NCBI GenBank assembly: GCA_964646815.1
Contig: CAZYFH010000014.1
Coordinates: 927-64,926, forward strand
From: an uncultured Vicinamibacteraceae bacterium
GTDB lineage: Bacteria; Acidobacteriota; Vicinamibacteria; Vicinamibacterales; UBA8438
Direction of reading: 5' to 3'
DNA: 64,000 bases
The position numbers were made by a program, and so were the translations under genes. Within the stretch, counting starts at the first letter, position 1; each line of letters starts with the position of its first letter. The notes beneath the pieces were generated by a model that saw only the letters and a program-made list of their open reading frames with translations, ran no database searches and was not told the DNA's origin. Below, in pieces: positions 1 through 9,540 of this stretch.

Positions 1-240
1 AAGTCGCACCCGCTCCCCCGCCGTCGAGACGATCGCGTCGACGTAGCGCGCGTCATGCACGCGGCGAAGCGCCTCGACCGGCGCGGGGGTAGGCTGGGCG
101 ACGCGACCGCCGGCGGCGCGCCAGCGCGCGGCCACCCTCGACATGACCTCGGCCCGCGCGGGCTGCTCCGGGTGTCCTGGGGGAGTCTCGTGGTCGACGA
201 ACCGGTCTGACGAGATCAACAAGACGTCGGTCACGTACAC
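1..240 (-). CDS. histone deacetylase-family protein (AcuC / acetylpolyamine amidohydrolase-like), N-terminal 80 codons only; runs off the left edge
   Basis: My own minus-strand translation from GTG at 240 gives VYVTDVLLISSDRFVDHETPPGHPEQPARAEVMSRVAARW...VEALRRVHDARYVDAIVSTAGE. This resembles the conserved HDAC-family N-terminus (H..GHPE.P.R ... H...Y...I). It is absent from the ORF track because it leaves the window. Confidence 0.5.
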   Translation of the reverse strand, partial: MYVTDVLLISSDRFVDHETPPGHPEQPARAEVMSRVAARWRAAGGRVAQPTPAPVEALRRVHDARYVDAIVSTAGERVRL

Positions 241-258
241 GATACACCTCGCGAGTGA

Positions 259-948
259 TCAGTGCGGCGGCTCGAGCATCGCCGTCGAGCGCTGCTGCGC
301 CCGCAATAGTGCCAGTTCGAGCTCGACCCGCTTCGCCTCGAGCACGTTCTCGCCGGCGCCCGGCGGCACCGGGATAGGCTCCCCGACCACGATCGCAGCG
401 CGCGCATACGGCATGGGCACCTGGGTGCGATCCCAGCTTCGTACCTCCCAGTACCGGTCGGCCTCGATGTGGAACGGGAGAATCGGGTTCCCGGTCAGTC
501 TGGCCAGCCACACGGCGCCCGGCTGCACGGACCCGGCCGGCCCGCGCGGCCCATCGACGGTAAAGGCAGCAGGTCGTCCGGAGCGCATGTCACGCCGGAG
601 TTGCGCCAGCGCGCGGCGGCCGCCACGCGACGTCGATCCCCGTGCGGTCACATATCCAAACCGCTCGATGATCTGGGCAATCCACTCGCCGTCGAAGTTC
701 GCGCTCGTCATCACGACGATGCCTCGGCGTCGCCAGAAATACGTGGCCGGAAGAATGCGACCGTGCCAGAACGCGAAAATGGGCTGGTGACCGTCTTGAC
801 GCACCGCCTCGTAATGGGCATAGCCGTCGATCGACCATCGCAGCGTCCGCCCGATCGCCGCGATGAGGGGATAGGCGAGGGCCGCGATTGCCGACGCGCG
901 CACGCGCTGGCCGCGCGTCAAGGCCGACGGTGCAGCCTTGGACGTCAC
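259..948 (-). CDS. DUF374 / lysophospholipid acyltransferase-family protein
   Basis: 229 aa ORF with the motifs FWHGRIL, SANFDGEWIA, RGSTSRGG and TVDGPRGP, typical of DUF374. Its start overlaps the ETF-QO stop by 4 nt. Confidence 0.8.
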   Translation of the reverse strand: MTSKAAPSALTRGQRVRASAIAALAYPLIAAIGRTLRWSIDGYAHYEAVRQDGHQPIFAFWHGRILPATYFWRRRGIVVMTSANFDGEWIAQIIERFGYVTARGSTSRGGRRALAQLRRDMRSGRPAAFTVDGPRGPAGSVQPGAVWLARLTGNPILPFHIEADRYWEVRSWDRTQVPMPYARAAIVVGEPIPVPPGAGENVLEAKRVELELALLRAQQRSTAMLEPPH

Positions 949-2603
949 ATGCCTTCGTAGTGCGGCCCGCCACCGCCCTCAGGTGGCACCCAATCGATGA
1001 GTTGATACGGGTCCATAATGTCGCACGTCTTGCAGTGCACGCAGTTCGAGGCGTTGATCTGCAGCCGCTTTCCGGATCCGCCGTCCGCATCGACGATCTC
1101 GTACACGTTGGCCGGACAAAAACGGGTACACGGGTTCTGGTAGTCCTCGAGGCATCGCGTGCGACAGATATCGGTGTCGTGCACGATCAGATGGGTAGGC
1201 TGATCGTCGTCGTGGCGGGTTCCGGAGTAATGCACGTTTGTCAGCTTGTCGAACGTCAGCTTGCGATCGACGGGCGCGGCCGGCGCCGCAGCCAGCGTGC
1301 CCCCGTCGACATAGCGCTGCACCGTCCACATCCGCTCGTGCCCCGCGTGGGCCGGCATCGGATCGCGGAACCACCAGCCGCGAGTGACGAGCGAGAGTCC
1401 GGCATACAGCACCCCAGGAATGAGCCCGTACCCAAAGGCCTGGTGCACGTTGCGGACCGGATACAGCTCGCGCTTGATCGGCCCCGACGCGACCAGACTG
1501 GCGTAGCGACTCAGCCTATCTGCCGACGGGTCTCCCGCACGAATAGCCTCGAACGCCGTCTCGGCAGCGCACATCCCGCTCCACATCGCGAGGTGGATGC
1601 CCTTGAGCCGCATCGAGTTGAGGAACCCAGCCGCGTCGCCGACCACCAGCGCCCCGTCGACGTGGCACCGCGGGATGGCGTGCCATCCGCCCTCCGGCAA
1701 CGCCTTGGCGCCGTACCGCACCATCTGCCCGTCCGCCAGCAGCGCAGCCACAAGCGGATGCCGTTTGAAGCGCTGGAACGCGTCGTGGGGGTCGAAGAGC
1801 GGGTTACGGTAGTCGAGACCCGCGACGAACCCGACAGCCACCCGGCCTTCGGGTAGCGCATAGACGAACCCGCCGCCGAACTCCTCGAATCGCAGCGGGT
1901 AGCCCATCGTGTGCAGCACCGTCCCCGCCGCCAGCCGGTCCGGCCGCACCTCCCACAGCTCCTTGATACCGATCGCATAGACCTGCGGGAGACGCCCATT
2001 ATCTAGCGAAAATCGTCGCACCAGCGTCTTTGTCAAACTGCCCCGCACGCCGTCCGCCAGCACGGTCACCGACGCCCGTATGTCGACGCCCGGTTCGAAT
2101 GTCGACTTGCGCTCGCCGTCGCGGCCGATCCCGCGATCACCGGTCCGCACTCCCACCACGCGGTCGCCGTCGTAGAGCAACTCGGTGGCGGCGAACCCGG
2201 GAAACACGTCGACGCCGACCGACTCGACCTGCTCGGTCAGCCACTTGGCGAGGCGGTTGATCGACACGACATAGCAGCCGTGGTTACGCAGGGGTGGTGG
2301 GGTGATGGGAGAACGAATCCGGCCGCTCTCGGTTAGGAAGTAGACACGGTCGCCGGTCACCGGAACATCGAGCGGTGCGCCGCGCGCGCGCCAGTCCGGG
2401 ATCAACTCGACGAGCGCCGATGGGTCGAGGACGGCCCCCGATAGCATGTGGGCGCCAGCCTCCCTCGCCTTCTCGAGGACGGCCACCGCGAGCGGGTCAC
2501 CGCCGCGCTCCCTCTGGAGCGTTACCAGACGGTACGCGGCGGCCAGACCGGCCGGGCCGCCACCCACGATAACAACATCGACGTCGAGTGTCTCGCGATC
2601 CAG
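945..2603 (-). CDS. electron-transfer flavoprotein:ubiquinone oxidoreductase (ETF-QO)
   Basis: FAD Rossmann motif VVIVGGGPAGLAAA and a C-terminal 4Fe-4S region (CPANVYE...CVHCKTCDI). The track ORF starts at GTG 2567, inside the GxGxxG strand. The frame is open to 2621 and the only plausible upstream start is CTG 2603, preceded by GGGAGAG. The start is uncertain. Confidence 0.85.
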   Translation of the reverse strand: MDRETLDVDVVIVGGGPAGLAAAYRLVTLQRERGGDPLAVAVLEKAREAGAHMLSGAVLDPSALVELIPDWRARGAPLDVPVTGDRVYFLTESGRIRSPITPPPLRNHGCYVVSINRLAKWLTEQVESVGVDVFPGFAATELLYDGDRVVGVRTGDRGIGRDGERKSTFEPGVDIRASVTVLADGVRGSLTKTLVRRFSLDNGRLPQVYAIGIKELWEVRPDRLAAGTVLHTMGYPLRFEEFGGGFVYALPEGRVAVGFVAGLDYRNPLFDPHDAFQRFKRHPLVAALLADGQMVRYGAKALPEGGWHAIPRCHVDGALVVGDAAGFLNSMRLKGIHLAMWSGMCAAETAFEAIRAGDPSADRLSRYASLVASGPIKRELYPVRNVHQAFGYGLIPGVLYAGLSLVTRGWWFRDPMPAHAGHERMWTVQRYVDGGTLAAAPAAPVDRKLTFDKLTNVHYSGTRHDDDQPTHLIVHDTDICRTRCLEDYQNPCTRFCPANVYEIVDADGGSGKRLQINASNCVHCKTCDIMDPYQLIDWVPPEGGGGPHYEGM

Positions 2604-2604
2604 C

Positions 2605-3564
2605 TCACTCTCCCAACGCCGTCACGAGCGCCGGCACGACATCGAACAGATCGCCCACGATTCCATAGTCAGCGACCTCAAAAATCGGCGCGTCGGCGTC
2701 CTTGTTGATGGCGACGATCGTCCGCGACCCCTTCATCCCGACCAGATGCTGGATCGCACCAGAAATGCCGAGCGCCAGATAGAGCTTGGGAGCAACGGTC
2801 TGCCCCGAGCTGCCGACCTGCCGGTCCATCGGCAGCCAGCCGGAATCGCAAATCGGCCGAGAGGCAGCCAGCTCCGCGCCCAGCGCCTTGGCGAGCTCCT
2901 GTGCGAGCGGCAGGTGCTCCTGCCCCTTGATGCCTCGACCCACAGCAACGATGCGTTCAGCTTGCGTGAGATCGACCGCTTGCTTGGCCTCCTTGAACGG
3001 CTCCTCCGGACGCTGGCGAATGGAAGCCGAGTCGATGGTCACGGGGATCGCGCGAGTCGCGGCCGGACTCGTGCCACGCGCCGCGGCGTCCGCTCGGTAC
3101 GCGCCGATTTGAAAACTGGCGAAGTGAGGCTGTGGACCCTCGGGCGCGACGTCCGCGACGAACTTGCCTTGGAACATCGGTCGCACGAACGCCACTCTCC
3201 CTTCGCGCGATCTGGAGCCGATGCAATCCGCTATCAACGTGCGTTCGAGGCGCGCGGCCAGCGCGGGCGCGTAGTCGCGCGTCTGATACGTGTGAGGAAA
3301 CAGCACGAGGCTGGGTTGCACCTGCTCAAGGACTTGCGCGAGCGCCGTAACGAAGCCGTCCGGCGTGTACGGCTCGAGGGCCGAGTCTTCGACGGCAAGC
3401 ACTTCGGCAACGTTCGCCGCGGCCAGCTCCTCGACAACGGCCCCGACGCGCGCGCCTGTCACGACGACTGACACTGGCCCCTCGAGGGCCTGCCCGGCGG
3501 CCACCGTCTCCCAGGTCACCGGGTTTAGAGTGCCAGCGCGTTGTTCCGCGATCACGAGGATCAT
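2605..3564 (-). CDS. etfA: electron transfer flavoprotein subunit alpha
   Basis: 319 aa with the C-terminal FAD-binding region ([17 protein letters not shown]...[13 protein letters not shown]), typical of EtfA. Sits next to etfB and ETF-QO. Confidence 0.9.
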   Translation of the reverse strand: MILVIAEQRAGTLNPVTWETVAAGQALEGPVSVVVTGARVGAVVEELAAANVAEVLAVEDSALEPYTPDGFVTALAQVLEQVQPSLVLFPHTYQTRDYAPALAARLERTLIADCIGSRSREGRVAFVRPMFQGKFVADVAPEGPQPHFASFQIGAYRADAAARGTSPAATRAIPVTIDSASIRQRPEEPFKEAKQAVDLTQAERIVAVGRGIKGQEHLPLAQELAKALGAELAASRPICDSGWLPMDRQVGSSGQTVAPKLYLALGISGAIQHLVGMKGSRTIVAINKDADAPIFEVADYGIVGDLFDVVPALVTALGE

Positions 3565-3634
3565 GACACTCCCTTACCGACGCTATGGCCGCCGGTCGCC
3601 GACGGTCGTATTCTGCGTCCAAGCGCCTGCCAGC

Positions 3635-4405
3635 TCACAGCGCGCGCGCCTCCTCACGCAGGAGCCGGACGAGCTCGGCCGCGGCGTCGGCGGGCGCCCC
3701 GTCGACGAGACGCGTCTGCTTGCCCTTACCAGGGGTGTAGATCTCGAGGATTCGGTGCCCAACCGCGGGCGGGACGTCGAGCGTCACCGTGCGCACCTCC
3801 TTCTTCTTGGCCGCCATGATGCCCTTTAAGGTGGCGTAGCGCAGCTGGTTGATCCCGCTCTGAATCGTCAAGAGCGCCGGTGTCGGCATCGAGACCCACT
3901 GGAACCAACCGCCCTCAAGCTCACGCTTTACCCGTATCTGACCCGTCTGCTCGCCGGCTGCTTCAACCTCCATGATGAGGGTCGCATGCGGCAGCCCCAG
4001 CAGCTCGGCGAGCACGACCCCAGTCTGCCCGAATCCCTGGTCATCGGACTGCAGACCGGTAAGCACGAGATCGAAGGCCTCCGATCGCATCGCCGCGGCG
4101 AGCGCGCCCGAGACGGCTCCGGCGTCGGCTGCCGCCAGCGCCGCACTCTCGACATGGACGGCCCGGTCGGCGCCACGCGCCAACGCTTCCCGAATTACCT
4201 GTCCGACGCGCGTCGGGCCCGCCGAACAGACCACGACCTCCCCGCCATGACGCTCCTTGAGACGGAGTCCTTCCTCAAGCGCGTAGGCATCCGGCTCGTT
4301 CATCTCGAAGCTCGCGTCGTGGTCACGCACCCACGTCGCCCCGTCGTCCGCGCGTAGCGGCCAGTCGCGTGTGACGACTTGTTTGATGCAAACAGCGATG
4401 TTCAT
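3635..4405 (-). CDS. etfB: electron transfer flavoprotein subunit beta
   Basis: EtfB-like sequence from MNIAVCIKQV (ATG checked at 4403-4405). The track ORF carries a 41-codon non-homologous N-terminal extension. Confidence 0.9.
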   Translation of the reverse strand: MNIAVCIKQVVTRDWPLRADDGATWVRDHDASFEMNEPDAYALEEGLRLKERHGGEVVVCSAGPTRVGQVIREALARGADRAVHVESAALAAADAGAVSGALAAAMRSEAFDLVLTGLQSDDQGFGQTGVVLAELLGLPHATLIMEVEAAGEQTGQIRVKRELEGGWFQWVSMPTPALLTIQSGINQLRYATLKGIMAAKKKEVRTVTLDVPPAVGHRILEIYTPGKGKQTRLVDGAPADAAAELVRLLREEARAL

Positions 4406-4457
4406 CGTCGGTGGTTCTTTGACTACGCGGCCGGGCGCCCGGCACAGGCCAGGGCTT

Positions 4458-5696
4458 TTAGTTATCGTACCGCTTGAGGAGCAGACTGGCGTTCGTGCCG
4501 CCAAACCCAAACGAGTTCGACAGCGCATACTCGATCGATAACGACCGCTTCCGATTCGGCACGTAGTCGAGGTCGCACTCGGGGTCAGGGGTATCGAGAT
4601 TGATGGTCGGCGGCACCACCTGGTCCCGCACAGCCAACGCTGTGATCCCAGCTTCTAACCCACCGGCGGCGCCGAGCAGGTGCCCGGTCATGGATTTCGT
4701 GGAGGAGATGGCCATCGTCGACGCACGCGAACCGAAACAGTTCTTGATCGCCAGGGTTTCTAGCCGGTCGTTGTACAGCGTCGACGTCCCGTGCGCGTTG
4801 ATGTAGTCGACCGTGGACGGCTCGACCTCGGCCTGTGCGATTGCCGCACGCATGACCCGCACCGCTCCATCGGCGTCTTCCGCCGGTGCCGTCATGTGAA
4901 ACGCATCGGCCGACATGCCATAGCCCACGAGCTCAGCGTAAATCGATGCGCCGCGATGTCGGGCACGCTCAAGCTCCTCGAGAATCACCACGCCAGATCC
5001 CTCGCCGATGATGAACCCGTCGCGGTCGACGTCGAACGGGCGGCTGGCACGCTCTGGTTCATCGTTTCGGGTAGACAGCGCGCGCATGGCTGCGAATCCA
5101 CCAACCCCCATCGGGGTGATGGCCGCCTCCGATCCCCCGGCGATCATGACCTCGGCAGCGCCCCGCTTGATCATCTCGCACGCGTCCCCGATCGCATGGG
5201 CGGACGCGGAACACGCAGTGCACGTCGCCGAGTTCGGTCCGCGCGCGCCGAATCGAATCGAGACCTGGCCCGCTGCCAGATTGATGATGGCCGACGGAAT
5301 GAAGAACGGCGAGATCTTCCGCGGTCCGCCCTCCAGGAGGGCCCGATGCTCGCGCTCGATCGTGTTGAATCCCCCGATGCCCGAGGCGATGAACACGCCG
5401 ACTTCTGGCCCCAGCGCCCGACCTCCAAGGCCGGCATCGCGCACCGCAAACTCGGATGCCGCGATCGCATACTGGATGAAGACGTCCATTTTCTTGACGT
5501 CCTTCTTATCGACGAACTGCAGCGGATCAAACGCCTTGACCTCGCCGGCTATGCGCGACGCGAATGCCGACGCATCGAAGTGACTGATCCCGCTGATCCC
5601 GCTTCGACCAGCGAGCAGCGCGTCCCACGTCGGCTTCGTACCGATCCCCAGCGACGACACCATGCCAACACCGGTGATCACGACCCGCCTTTGCAA
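4458..5696 (-). CDS. fabF: beta-ketoacyl-ACP synthase II
   Basis: 412 aa starting MQRRVVITGVGMVS. Contains the active-site Cys context (NSATCTACSAS) and His motifs (INAHGTST, SMTGHLLGAAG). Confidence 0.95.
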   Translation of the reverse strand: MQRRVVITGVGMVSSLGIGTKPTWDALLAGRSGISGISHFDASAFASRIAGEVKAFDPLQFVDKKDVKKMDVFIQYAIAASEFAVRDAGLGGRALGPEVGVFIASGIGGFNTIEREHRALLEGGPRKISPFFIPSAIINLAAGQVSIRFGARGPNSATCTACSASAHAIGDACEMIKRGAAEVMIAGGSEAAITPMGVGGFAAMRALSTRNDEPERASRPFDVDRDGFIIGEGSGVVILEELERARHRGASIYAELVGYGMSADAFHMTAPAEDADGAVRVMRAAIAQAEVEPSTVDYINAHGTSTLYNDRLETLAIKNCFGSRASTMAISSTKSMTGHLLGAAGGLEAGITALAVRDQVVPPTINLDTPDPECDLDYVPNRKRSLSIEYALSNSFGFGGTNASLLLKRYDN

Positions 5697-5725
5697 CTGC
5701 TGTCTCCTCGCCGCTGTACAGACGC

Positions 5726-5968
5726 CTACTTCTTACTCTTGGCGTGCGACTGGATATAGTCGACAGCCTCCTTGACGCGCGTGATCTTCTCCGCGTCTTC
5801 GTCCGGGATCTCAAGACGGAACTCTTCCTCGAAGGCCATGACCAACTCGACCGTGTCGAGCGAGTCGGCACCCAGATCATCTACGAACGAGGCGTCCGGT
5901 GTCACCTCTTCTTCATCGACGCCCAACTGCTCGACGATGATTCCCTTGATCTTCTCAGCAACCGCCAT
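5726..5968 (-). CDS. acpP: acyl carrier protein
   Basis: 80 aa with the phosphopantetheine attachment motif [13 protein letters not shown]. Confidence 0.95.
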   Translation of the reverse strand: MAVAEKIKGIIVEQLGVDEEEVTPDASFVDDLGADSLDTVELVMAFEEEFRLEIPDEDAEKITRVKEAVDYIQSHAKSKK

Positions 5969-5979
5969 TCAAAAACCTC

Positions 5980-6720
5980 CTACATGTACATCCCGCCATT
6001 GACACCAAGAACCTGACCAGTAATATACGACGCTTCGTCCGATGCGAGAAAGCGGACGGCCGAAGCGACATCATCGGGCGCGCCAAACCGGCCGAGCGGA
6101 ATCCGCGCCGAGACCGCGTCTCGCGCGCGTTGATCCATCACCATCGTCATGTCCGTCTCTATCATCCCAGGCGCAACCGCGTTGACGGTGATGCCGCGCG
6201 ATGCCACTTCTCGGGCGAGGGCCTTGGTCAGCCCGATGAGCCCGGCCTTCGACGCCGCGTAGTTCACCTGGCCCGGATTGCCCAATTGTCCTACGACGGA
6301 GCTGATGTTGATGATGCGGCCGAATCGGCGCTTCATCATCGGCCGGACCACGGCCCGGCAGCAGGCGAACGCGGCGGTCAGATTGGTGGCGAGTACCGCG
6401 TCCCATTCCTCTGGCTTCATCCGCAGCATCAGCTGATCGCGCACGATACCGGCGTTGTTGACCAGGATGTCGATGCCTCCGAAGCGATCCGCAGCCAGGT
6501 TCACCGCGCGACCGATGTCATCGGCATCGGTCACGTCAAGACTGACGCCCACTGCCTGACCACCCGACGCCACGACCACGCTGGCCACCTCGTCAGCGTG
6601 GCGGCCGCGAGCGCCCGCGACGACCGCCGCGCCGCCGCCCGCGAGTCTCAGCGCAATCGCTCGACCGATCCCGCGCGACGCGCCGGTCACGAGCGCGACC
6701 CGCCCTGCGAGATCAGGCAT
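5980..6720 (-). CDS. fabG: 3-oxoacyl-ACP reductase
   Basis: SDR motifs TGASRGIG, NNAG and YAASKAG. Start trimmed to ATG 6720 (MPDLAGRVALVTG). Confidence 0.9.
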   Translation of the reverse strand: MPDLAGRVALVTGASRGIGRAIALRLAGGGAAVVAGARGRHADEVASVVVASGGQAVGVSLDVTDADDIGRAVNLAADRFGGIDILVNNAGIVRDQLMLRMKPEEWDAVLATNLTAAFACCRAVVRPMMKRRFGRIINISSVVGQLGNPGQVNYAASKAGLIGLTKALAREVASRGITVNAVAPGMIETDMTMVMDQRARDAVSARIPLGRFGAPDDVASAVRFLASDEASYITGQVLGVNGGMYM

Positions 6721-7681
6721 CGCCACGGCCGGCCGCGGTCGACACCGTTCCCGCCTCGTCGAGCATAGCCTCAACCGCCACGAGGCTCTTCGGATCCTGG
6801 ACGTTGGCGACGCGGACCGATTTGTCCGTGGCCCTGATCAAACCGCTGAGTACCCGGCCAGGGCCCACCTCCACGAACGAGGTAACGCCGTCAGCAATGA
6901 GGCGGCGAACAACCGCTTCCCAGAGCACCGGCGCGCTCACTTGCCGGATGAGCGCCTCAGTGGCCTCCAGTCCAGTGCGCTTTGGCTCGGCATCGACGTT
7001 GGCGACGACCGGAACATCCGGATCGGACACGACCAGTGCGCGCAGGTCCGGCGCGAGACGCGCTTCGGCCGGTTTCATCAACGCGCAATGGAACGGCGCG
7101 CTGACCGGTAACGGCACCACGCGTCTCGCCCCAAGCTCCCGTGCACGCGCGCTCGCGCGCGTGACGGCGTCGCGGGCGCCGGCAATCGCGACCTGCCCAG
7201 GGGCGTTCAGGTTAGCGGCGCTCACCACCTCACCGTCGGCGACCTCGGCGCAGGCCCGGCGGATGGTCTTTTCGTCCAGCCCGACCACGGCCGCCATTGC
7301 GCCCTCGCCCACAGGCACGGCCTCTTGCATGTACCGGCCGCGGCGTCGCACCGTGCGCAGTGCATCGGCGAACGAAAGCGTTCCCGCCGCGACGTGCGCC
7401 GAGTACTCGCCGAGGCTATGCCCCGCGAGAAACGATGACGCGTGTCCCAGCGATGTCAATAGCCGGTGCGCTGCCACGCTCGTGGCAAGGACCGCGGGCT
7501 GGGTATTCTCGGTGAGCGCGAGCACATCGTCAGGCCCTTCAAAACACAGCCTGCTGAGGGGCGCACCGAGGGCTTCGTCGGCCTGCAGGAAAGTTTCGCG
7601 GCAGACCGAATACTCGGCGGACAGCGCCCGCCCCATCCCAACTCGCTGCGACCCCTGGCCGGGAAACACGAACGCGATCAT
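6713..7681 (-). CDS. fabD: malonyl CoA-ACP transacylase
   Basis: MIAFVFPGQGSQ start (ATG checked at 7679-7681) and the GHSLGEYSA active-site motif. The 90-codon extension in the track ORF is non-homologous. Confidence 0.9.
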   Translation of the reverse strand: MIAFVFPGQGSQRVGMGRALSAEYSVCRETFLQADEALGAPLSRLCFEGPDDVLALTENTQPAVLATSVAAHRLLTSLGHASSFLAGHSLGEYSAHVAAGTLSFADALRTVRRRGRYMQEAVPVGEGAMAAVVGLDEKTIRRACAEVADGEVVSAANLNAPGQVAIAGARDAVTRASARARELGARRVVPLPVSAPFHCALMKPAEARLAPDLRALVVSDPDVPVVANVDAEPKRTGLEATEALIRQVSAPVLWEAVVRRLIADGVTSFVEVGPGRVLSGLIRATDKSVRVANVQDPKSLVAVEAMLDEAGTVSTAAGRGDA

Positions 7682-7706
7682 GGATGAGCCTCCCGGGGCG
7701 CGTGGA

Positions 7707-8726
7707 TCACCGCTTGGTCTCCACAACGTCCGGCTCCACGGCCGGGAGACCGGCGCCAAGATCGGAGATGAAGTGCTGGGTCGCGAAGCGATGAGCGAGT
7801 GCGATCGCATTGCGCACGGCTTTGGCCGATGACCGTCCGTGCCCAACGATGGCCAGCCCCGCGACGCCGAGAAGGGGCACGCCGCCGTACTCCGAATAGT
7901 CGACGCGGCGGCGGAAGCGCCGGAATGCTCGGCCGGACAGAAGATACCCAACTCGGGTCGTGAACGTGCGCCGCAGCTCCGCGTGCAACAGATCCTCCAC
8001 CACCTCCACGAGCCCCTCGCTGACCTTCAGCACAACATTACCGGTGAAGCCATCGCATACGATGACATCCGCCCGACCGCCGTAGATATCCCTCGCTTCG
8101 ATGTTACCGACGAAGTTCACACCGCAGGCCCGCAGCAGTTGATGCGCGTCCCGAGTCAGGTCGTTTCCCTTCGTCGCCTCTTCCCCCGTCGACAAGAGCC
8201 CGACACGCGGCGACGCAATGCTGAGCGCCGTGCGAGCGTAGACGACGCCCATCGCCGCAAACTGCACGAGATGGTGCGCGCGGCAGTCGACGGTCGCGCC
8301 GGCGTCGAGCAGCACCGCCTCTCGATGCACCGTGGGAATCGTCGTGGCCAATGCCGGCCTGTCAACTCCCGGCAGCATGCCGAACGCAGCGTGGGCGGAC
8401 ATGACGGTGGCGCCGGTGTTCCCCGCGCTGAAGAACGCCACGGCGTCTCCAGCGGCAACCGTTTCGGCCGCAACTCGCACCGACGCGCGCGGCTGCCGGC
8501 GCAATGCGGCTGCCGGCGCCGCGTCCATGCCCACGACGTCTGGCGCGTGAATCGTCCGAAGGTCGACGCCGGTGGCGCCACCGTGGCGCTTCAGCTCGCC
8601 TTCGATCTGATCGCGCGGCCCGACTAGCGTGAGCCCACATCCAAGATGTCGCGCGGCAACCAGCGCACCCGCGACGATGTTCTGCGGCGCGTGGTCACCA
8701 CCAGCCGCGTCAACGGCAATGTGCAT
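7707..8726 (-). CDS. plsX: phosphate acyltransferase
   Basis: 339 aa, N-terminus MHIAVDAAGGDHAP, typical of PlsX. Lies in the rpmF-plsX-fab context. Confidence 0.95.
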   Translation of the reverse strand: MHIAVDAAGGDHAPQNIVAGALVAARHLGCGLTLVGPRDQIEGELKRHGGATGVDLRTIHAPDVVGMDAAPAAALRRQPRASVRVAAETVAAGDAVAFFSAGNTGATVMSAHAAFGMLPGVDRPALATTIPTVHREAVLLDAGATVDCRAHHLVQFAAMGVVYARTALSIASPRVGLLSTGEEATKGNDLTRDAHQLLRACGVNFVGNIEARDIYGGRADVIVCDGFTGNVVLKVSEGLVEVVEDLLHAELRRTFTTRVGYLLSGRAFRRFRRRVDYSEYGGVPLLGVAGLAIVGHGRSSAKAVRNAIALAHRFATQHFISDLGAGLPAVEPDVVETKR

Positions 8727-8770
8727 CGGCTAGGCTGGTCAGCGGCTGGGCATCCCCGACCAAACGGGAA

Positions 8771-8953
8771 TCACGCGTCCTTGACGGGCTTGATCGGCCG
8801 GCCTCTGTAGTAGCCGCAATGCGGGCACACCACGTGCGGTGGCTTCGGCTCGTGACAATGAGGACATTCGCCCGTCGCGACCGCCGTAATCGCATCGTGC
8901 GCGCGCCGCTTCGCGGTGCGCGCCTTGGAATGCCGCCGTTTCGGATTGGGCAT
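8771..8953 (-). CDS. rpmF: 50S ribosomal protein L32
   Basis: MPNPKRRHSKARTAKRRAH... with a CxxC...CxxC zinc ribbon. ATG checked at 8951-8953. Confidence 0.9.
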   Translation of the reverse strand: MPNPKRRHSKARTAKRRAHDAITAVATGECPHCHEPKPPHVVCPHCGYYRGRPIKPVKDA

Positions 8954-8958
8954 CTCGA

Positions 8959-9540
8959 TCAGTCCTTTCGCGCGTGCCCTGGTTCGTCTTTCACAATCGA
9001 CCGCAGTGCCGAGAGGCGCGGATCCCGCCACACGTTCTCGCAGCTGCACCGATCCGTGTTCCGATTGATGCCGCACACGGAGCACAGCCCCAGACAATCG
9101 TCGCGACAGAGCGGCTTCATCGGCGCCGCGAGCTGCAGTTGCTCGCGAACGAGGTGCCCGAGATCGATCTGAGCGTCTCGATAGAACGCCGTCGAGAGAT
9201 CGTTATCCGCGATCTCCAAGTCACCGTCGCCGATGTTAGCGCGCTGAGGCAGATATCGCAGGTCTACCTTAAGGTCGACCGGTCGCTCAAACGCCTCGAG
9301 ACACCGACCGCACGCCGACCGCATCGTCGTGCCGACGCGGCCTCGGAGCCGCAATATCTCGCCGTCCTTGTGAATCGCCAGCGACACGATCACGGCCTCA
9401 GCGACCGTATAGTCATCATCCAGCTCCGTCTCGAACATGGAGCGTGGGTATGATCGCTCTACGTGGTCCTGGGTCCCGAGCAGCGCGCGGATGTCCAGCA
9501 CCAGGGACGGGCTCACGTCAGGGTGTCCCGTATCAGCCAT
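8959..9540 (-). CDS. yceD: DUF177 (YceD-family) protein
   Basis: C-terminal CxxxCxGLC..CG.N.N motif (CRDDCLGLCSVCGINRN) and the conserved position just upstream of rpmF. ATG at 9540. Confidence 0.8.
   Translation of the reverse strand: MADTGHPDVSPSLVLDIRALLGTQDHVERSYPRSMFETELDDDYTVAEAVIVSLAIHKDGEILRLRGRVGTTMRSACGRCLEAFERPVDLKVDLRYLPQRANIGDGDLEIADNDLSTAFYRDAQIDLGHLVREQLQLAAPMKPLCRDDCLGLCSVCGINRNTDRCSCENVWRDPRLSALRSIVKDEPGHARKD

Noticed and set aside
7682-7951. Long N-terminal extensions of track ORFs (fabD to 7951, UbiA-like to 15908, NfeD to 57695, etfB to 4528, hemW to 44818, rpmF to 9097, hfq to 11136, skp to 24075, clpC to 29589).
   Set aside because: The extensions overlap the upstream gene or are non-homologous and Arg-rich. 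Internal ATG/GTG codons checked on the sequence give N-termini matching the family consensus.
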